The notes under the pieces were generated by a model. It was not told the origin of the DNA. It made no database searches and saw nothing but the letters and a program-made list of their open reading frames with translations. From an uncultured virus (IMG/VR IMGVR_UViG_3300009151_005798) (Duplodnaviria; Heunggongvirae; Uroviricota; Caudoviricetes), in IMG/VR virus record IMGVR_UViG_3300009151_005798: a stretch of 20,000 bases of DNA, one strand, 5' to 3'. This document shows positions 16,745 to 20,000 of this stretch, one piece after another (the stretch's first letter is position 1; each line of letters begins with the position of its first letter). The position numbers and the translations under genes are program-made.

Positions 16745-17438
16745 GGCGCCAATACTCCAATGGCTTTTCACTTTCTGCTAGCCACACTGGATAAATTTGA
16801 CTGTGATTTTCCAGTTTAAAATTTCCATTGGCAGGGTAAAATGCAATCCAATCATGCCACATATGATGTGCATACATGATTGGTGCAAGCTCTAAATTTC
16901 TCACACTCATGTCAACTATTTTAAACCAGTCTGGTGCATGCCAATGGCCTGTTGAAAACACCACACCCAGTACATGTTCGAGTGTTGGAACTTCTGGCTC
17001 GTAATTTTGCCAATACACAGCTTTGTCAAGATGCAATGCCAGTTCGAAACTCAATTGGGCAGATTCTGGATCTCCCACTATCAATAGATAGGTCCAAATG
17101 TTATTACCATTTTTTTCTAAGGGTAATCTTTCCAGTATCTTACCAGGAGGTATTGGCTGTCCGCGATGGTCTACACCTGTGCCCGGCATAAAATTCAGCT
17201 TCTTAGATACGGCAACTTTAGCAATTTCAAAAGTAGTTTGACGTGGACACAATCCAGCCCTGCAAATAATATCACCTGACTCTAATTTTAAAGTTGATAA
17301 TATTTTTAATTGTTCCCAAGCATCATCTGGCAAGTCTACAATGTTAATTGGCATCATTGCATCAACAAACTTTGTGTCCATCTTGGTGATATCTGCATGG
17401 TTTGTTCGTCCTGGAAGTGTAAGTATATGTACGGTCAT
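16737..17438 (-). CDS. Hypothetical protein, probably a diverged glycosyltransferase paralog lacking DxD
   Basis: 233-aa ORF with ATGA overlap; weak colinear similarity to the upstream GT (IWTYLLIVGDPESAQLSFEL vs WWSTVVYWRKSEEAEHFFSI). Confidence 0.6.
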   Translation of the reverse strand: MTVHILTLPGRTNHADITKMDTKFVDAMMPINIVDLPDDAWEQLKILSTLKLESGDIICRAGLCPRQTTFEIAKVAVSKKLNFMPGTGVDHRGQPIPPGKILERLPLEKNGNNIWTYLLIVGDPESAQLSFELALHLDKAVYWQNYEPEVPTLEHVLGVVFSTGHWHAPDWFKIVDMSVRNLELAPIMYAHHMWHDWIAFYPANGNFKLENHSQIYPVWLAESEKPLEYWRRG

Positions 17439-18313
17439 GCCAACACTTCCATGATTCTATCGTAGTTGCGGATGATGCTTTTCTTGTTCATTAAATGCAA
17501 GTCCTCACCCGTTACTTCAACTACCATATTTTTCCACTCTTCTGGCAGATTGCTTAACATGATCCAACGGTTTGAATCAACCACTTCAACAATATCATCT
17601 CGCTGGTCTTGGTATCTAAGATAATATGGAATTTGTCCAATGAAGCCACCATCTGACCAACCATCACACATGTGAGCCGCAATGCTGGCTGAATAGTCTG
17701 TGCGATACAATGTGCCTGGGAATTTGTATAGGAAGCGATAGTATTCCCAATTTTGTTTTACTGCTGACCAAATACTGAAAAAATGTTCTGCTTCTTCACT
17801 CTTACGCCAGTACACCACAGTTGACCACCACATGCGAATGCCAGCATAATGTAGCCAGCGTTCTGTGGTGTATGGTTCTTCCATTCTTAAATTTCTAGCA
17901 TCTCTGTACATGGCCACATCATTCTGACCGCCAAACAGCTTGGCCAAATTGGCATTGCCACATAGGTAATCTGTGTCAATTAAAATTGTTTCATCAAATG
18001 GACTTAGATTATAAATGTCGTGTTTGTTGGTGTTTGTAAACTGTGCGTTGAAGCTGTGATATGCGCCATCGTGATGTAAACGCATGTTTCTTTCGTATTC
18101 GGGATTGGTTAATATAATGTCATCAAACGCGGCGTTCATAATATCAATACCGTGCGTTTGTTTACAATGTTCCATGCTTTGCTGATTGGTAACCAGTACA
18201 ACTGGATACTCAGGCATGAATTTTTTTACAGCATACGCGGCAACAATGGCCAATTGCGTATAATCCAACTGCTCATTGTTGTAAGCAAACATCATGAATC
18301 CCTTGGTGCTCAT
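17435..18313 (-). CDS. Nucleotide-diphospho-sugar transferase (GT-A, GT8-like)
   Basis: KGFMMFAYNN..DY, PVVLVT, YNLSPFDETILIDTDY (DxD), YRTDYS and HLMNK. Confidence 0.78.
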   Translation of the reverse strand: MSTKGFMMFAYNNEQLDYTQLAIVAAYAVKKFMPEYPVVLVTNQQSMEHCKQTHGIDIMNAAFDDIILTNPEYERNMRLHHDGAYHSFNAQFTNTNKHDIYNLSPFDETILIDTDYLCGNANLAKLFGGQNDVAMYRDARNLRMEEPYTTERWLHYAGIRMWWSTVVYWRKSEEAEHFFSIWSAVKQNWEYYRFLYKFPGTLYRTDYSASIAAHMCDGWSDGGFIGQIPYYLRYQDQRDDIVEVVDSNRWIMLSNLPEEWKNMVVEVTGEDLHLMNKKSIIRNYDRIMEVLA

Positions 18314-18315
18314 GA

Positions 18316-18660
18316 TTATAGCCCTACAATTTTTGCGGTAGACCTTGCTGACTTCAGCTTTTTCTGTTCAACTTGTTTTGTTTCCATGGCAGAATCATAA
18401 GCTTGAATCAAAACATTTAGAAATTCGTTTGCATCATCAATTGTTATAACATTACCACTGTGGTCCTCAACAAAAACTTTCTCGTTGCGGGTTGCCTTGA
18501 CGCTAACAAACGCTATTAGCTCTTGCGTAGATTTAAAGATCGCACCTTGATGTGACACTAAAAGTGCCGCTTCAATTTGGGCATTGATGTTTTGCCGTTG
18601 TACCTGTAAAGTTAATCGATAATTGGCAAAGGCCAATGCATCTTCTAATTTTTTATCCAT
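18316..18660 (-). CDS. Hypothetical phage protein (helical; DUF4376-like pattern suspected)
   Basis: ATG 18660 (TTG 18663 in track); MDKKLEDALAFANY...GAIF....ELIAFV...EDHSGNVITI. Confidence 0.75.
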   Translation of the reverse strand: MDKKLEDALAFANYRLTLQVQRQNINAQIEAALLVSHQGAIFKSTQELIAFVSVKATRNEKVFVEDHSGNVITIDDANEFLNVLIQAYDSAMETKQVEQKKLKSARSTAKIVGL

Positions 18661-18670
18661 CAATCACTTC

Positions 18671-18928
18671 TTAGGCTACGCTGGCAATCGCAATTAATCC
18701 GGTAATAACAGCATTGAGCTTTTCTTTGAAAGCCAGTTGATTCATCTCTTGGATAATATCTAACTGTCTTTGCATATCACTTAGCACTTCACACAATTCT
18801 TCTTTGCTCAATTGCCCCATAAGGACCTGCTGAGTTTGTTGCTTGACTTGCTCTGCCGCGTTGGCAAATACTGGGTCTCCACAATTGGCAAGTTCTGCCA
18901 ATGCTTGACTGATTTCATCTAAGTTCAT
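18671..18928 (-). CDS. Small helical hypothetical protein
   Basis: 85-aa ORF with ATGA overlap to the lipoprotein gene; hydrophobic C-terminus. Confidence 0.7.
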   Translation of the reverse strand: MNLDEISQALAELANCGDPVFANAAEQVKQQTQQVLMGQLSKEELCEVLSDMQRQLDIIQEMNQLAFKEKLNAVITGLIAIASVA

Positions 18929-19329
18929 CTTGGTCTATTTCCTAGTGTATGTTGAATAACTGTTGCGCTGTTTTCAATACTTTCAAACTTGATTTTACAA
19001 AATGCCACACTCACTGGACCATTTCCATAACGAAATGTCAATCCTTGTGCAATTTCATTCAAAGACTTTGATGCCTTGTAGCCATTTTCATTATGAGGAA
19101 TATTCTCGCTGTATAACTCAAAAGTTCTGGTATTGTTTGACAACTTAACTGCATTCTCTTTGCTAACCTGTGCATTATCACATTGTGATTTAAATTGCTG
19201 TGCTTCAGATCGAATTGTAGTAATTAAACCATATTCGGCTGAGTCAAACTTAGTCATTAAGTATGCATCAATTAGAGCGCAACCACTTAGCATACTCAAA
19301 GCTAAAAGCAAAACTGTTATTTTTTTCAT
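18925..19329 (-). CDS. Predicted lipoprotein
   Basis: MKK, hydrophobic core, then lipobox LSGC; two further Cys in the mature region. Confidence 0.8.
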   Translation of the reverse strand: MKKITVLLLALSMLSGCALIDAYLMTKFDSAEYGLITTIRSEAQQFKSQCDNAQVSKENAVKLSNNTRTFELYSENIPHNENGYKASKSLNEIAQGLTFRYGNGPVSVAFCKIKFESIENSATVIQHTLGNRPR

Positions 19330-19373
19330 ATTTTAACCTTAGAATTGTTGCCAATGGTTAGCAAACGCAATGC

Positions 19374-19381
19374 TATTTATA
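19374..19381 (-). promoter_or_regulatory. T4-type late promoter TATAAATA
   Basis: Plus-strand TATTTATA is a perfect TATAAATA on the minus strand; intergenic, 44 nt upstream of the ATG at 19329. Confidence 0.75.
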
Positions 19382-19406
19382 GATGCGTTAGCAACCGTTT
19401 AACCGT

Positions 19407-20000
19407 TTAAAGTTCTTGCCAGTCTTGAGTCAACTGACTTACAGGCATTGGTAATTCCAAAGTTACTGAGCGTTCGCTAATAGTACTTGGATGTGTCATA
19501 GTAACAGTCATTGCAACTGAACCTCGCACTTCAATACCAAGGCCGGCATTGTCTAACAACGACCTAATTTCTAATTTTTGTCCGTTAATGGTACCAAACA
19601 GTTTCAAACGGCTCGAAGCATAGCCGCCATAACCGCCATATCCGCCATAGCCTCCATAGCCTCCATAGCCTCCATATCCGCCATATCCGCCATATCCGCC
19701 ATAACCTCCACTGCCGCCGTTACAGTCCTCTCCACCATAACCTCCGTATCCACCATAACCTCCGTATCCACCATAACCTCCGTATCCACCATAACCTCCG
19801 TATCCACCATAGCCTCCACCACCACCTCCGGCAGGGCTGGTATATAGAAGTTTTTCATTAGGTGTTAATTCGCTAAATCCTAGACCTTGACTAATTCCTC
19901 GATTGTTCAAACTTGCAGTATCTTCAACATTAATCTTAATGGTTCCCATGTCAATGAATATGGTTTTCCATGTATGGTAGCCGCAACCATAACCACCTGT
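19407..20000 (-). CDS. C-terminal part of a probable virion structural protein with GGY repeats (5' end outside window)
   Basis: Frame stays open to the window edge (TGGYGCGYHTWKTIFID precedes the tracked Met); W..IF..MGTIK...GLGFSELT...LLYT resembles tail/baseplate-associated proteins of large phages (by eye). Confidence 0.7.
   Translation of the reverse strand, partial: TGGYGCGYHTWKTIFIDMGTIKINVEDTASLNNRGISQGLGFSELTPNEKLLYTSPAGGGGGGYGGYGGYGGYGGYGGYGGYGGYGGYGGEDCNGGSGGYGGYGGYGGYGGYGGYGGYGGYGGYGGYASSRLKLFGTINGQKLEIRSLLDNAGLGIEVRGSVAMTVTMTHPSTISERSVTLELPMPVSQLTQDWQEL
19620..19829 (-). repeat. Coding tandem repeats: (GGY)9 and (GGY)10
   Basis: 18-bp unit CCACCATAACCTCCGTAT x4 perfect (19732-19803); ten 9-bp ATA-NCC-NCC units at 19620-19709. 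Confidence 0.95.

Noticed and set aside
7505..18313. DNA hypermodification cluster (ThyX + GTs + oxygenases, or 7-deazaguanine via QueC)
   Set aside because: No hydroxymethylase, nucleotide kinase, DpdA, FolE or QueD/E seen; the PP-loop proteins lack the QueC C-terminal Cys cluster; membrane lipid enzymes argue for another substrate. Not fully excluded
470..19336. Numerous short antisense or overlapping ORFs in the six-frame track (e.g. 470-841, 1573-1905, 7798-8166, 11079-11462, 13551-13904)
   Set aside because: They lie within well-supported genes and have no recognisable motifs or RBS; treated as shadow ORFs
19620..19829. Possible CRISPR array
   Set aside because: Units of 9/18 bp are contiguous with no unique spacers, are in-frame coding, and have no cas genes nearby
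19578..19858. Alternative-frame ORFs with (TITSVS)n and (VMVDTE)n repeats
   Set aside because: These are by-products of the GGY nucleotide repeat; nucleotide variation is synonymous only in the GGY frame
1..20000. Stop-codon reassignment as seen in some large phages
   Set aside because: Genes are full length and tile tightly under the standard code; TAA, TGA and TAG all end genes at sensible junctions

Overview
This window looks like part of a large, T4-like or jumbo-type dsDNA bacteriophage genome. It uses the standard genetic code, packs genes densely, carries GGAG Shine-Dalgarno sites, and has one consensus sigma70 promoter plus several TATAAATA-like late-promoter motifs. Positions 1-2.7 kb hold a MoxR-type AAA+ ATPase and a HEXXH-metallopeptidase/VWA gene, ending at a strong terminator. 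Positions 2.8-4.0 kb hold three hypothetical genes. From 4.0 to 19.3 kb lies an unusually enzyme-rich block: two membrane His-box desaturase/hydroxylases, two 2OG-Fe(II)/cupin oxygenases, two glutaminase-less asparagine-synthetase-like PP-loop enzymes, two GNAT-like proteins, a SAM methyltransferase-like protein, four GT-A-like glycosyltransferases (three tandem paralogs), apparently degenerate GT and ATP-grasp proteins, ThyX and a lipoprotein. Sixteen of these genes form one tightly coupled minus-strand run (7505-19329) behind a perfect TATAAATA motif. The window ends in the 3' part of a probable virion protein carrying 19 GGY repeats. The best candidate for an undescribed system is this late-expressed tailoring pathway, whose substrate (virion protein, lipid, glycan) is unknown. 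All family assignments come from motif recognition by eye, not database searches.
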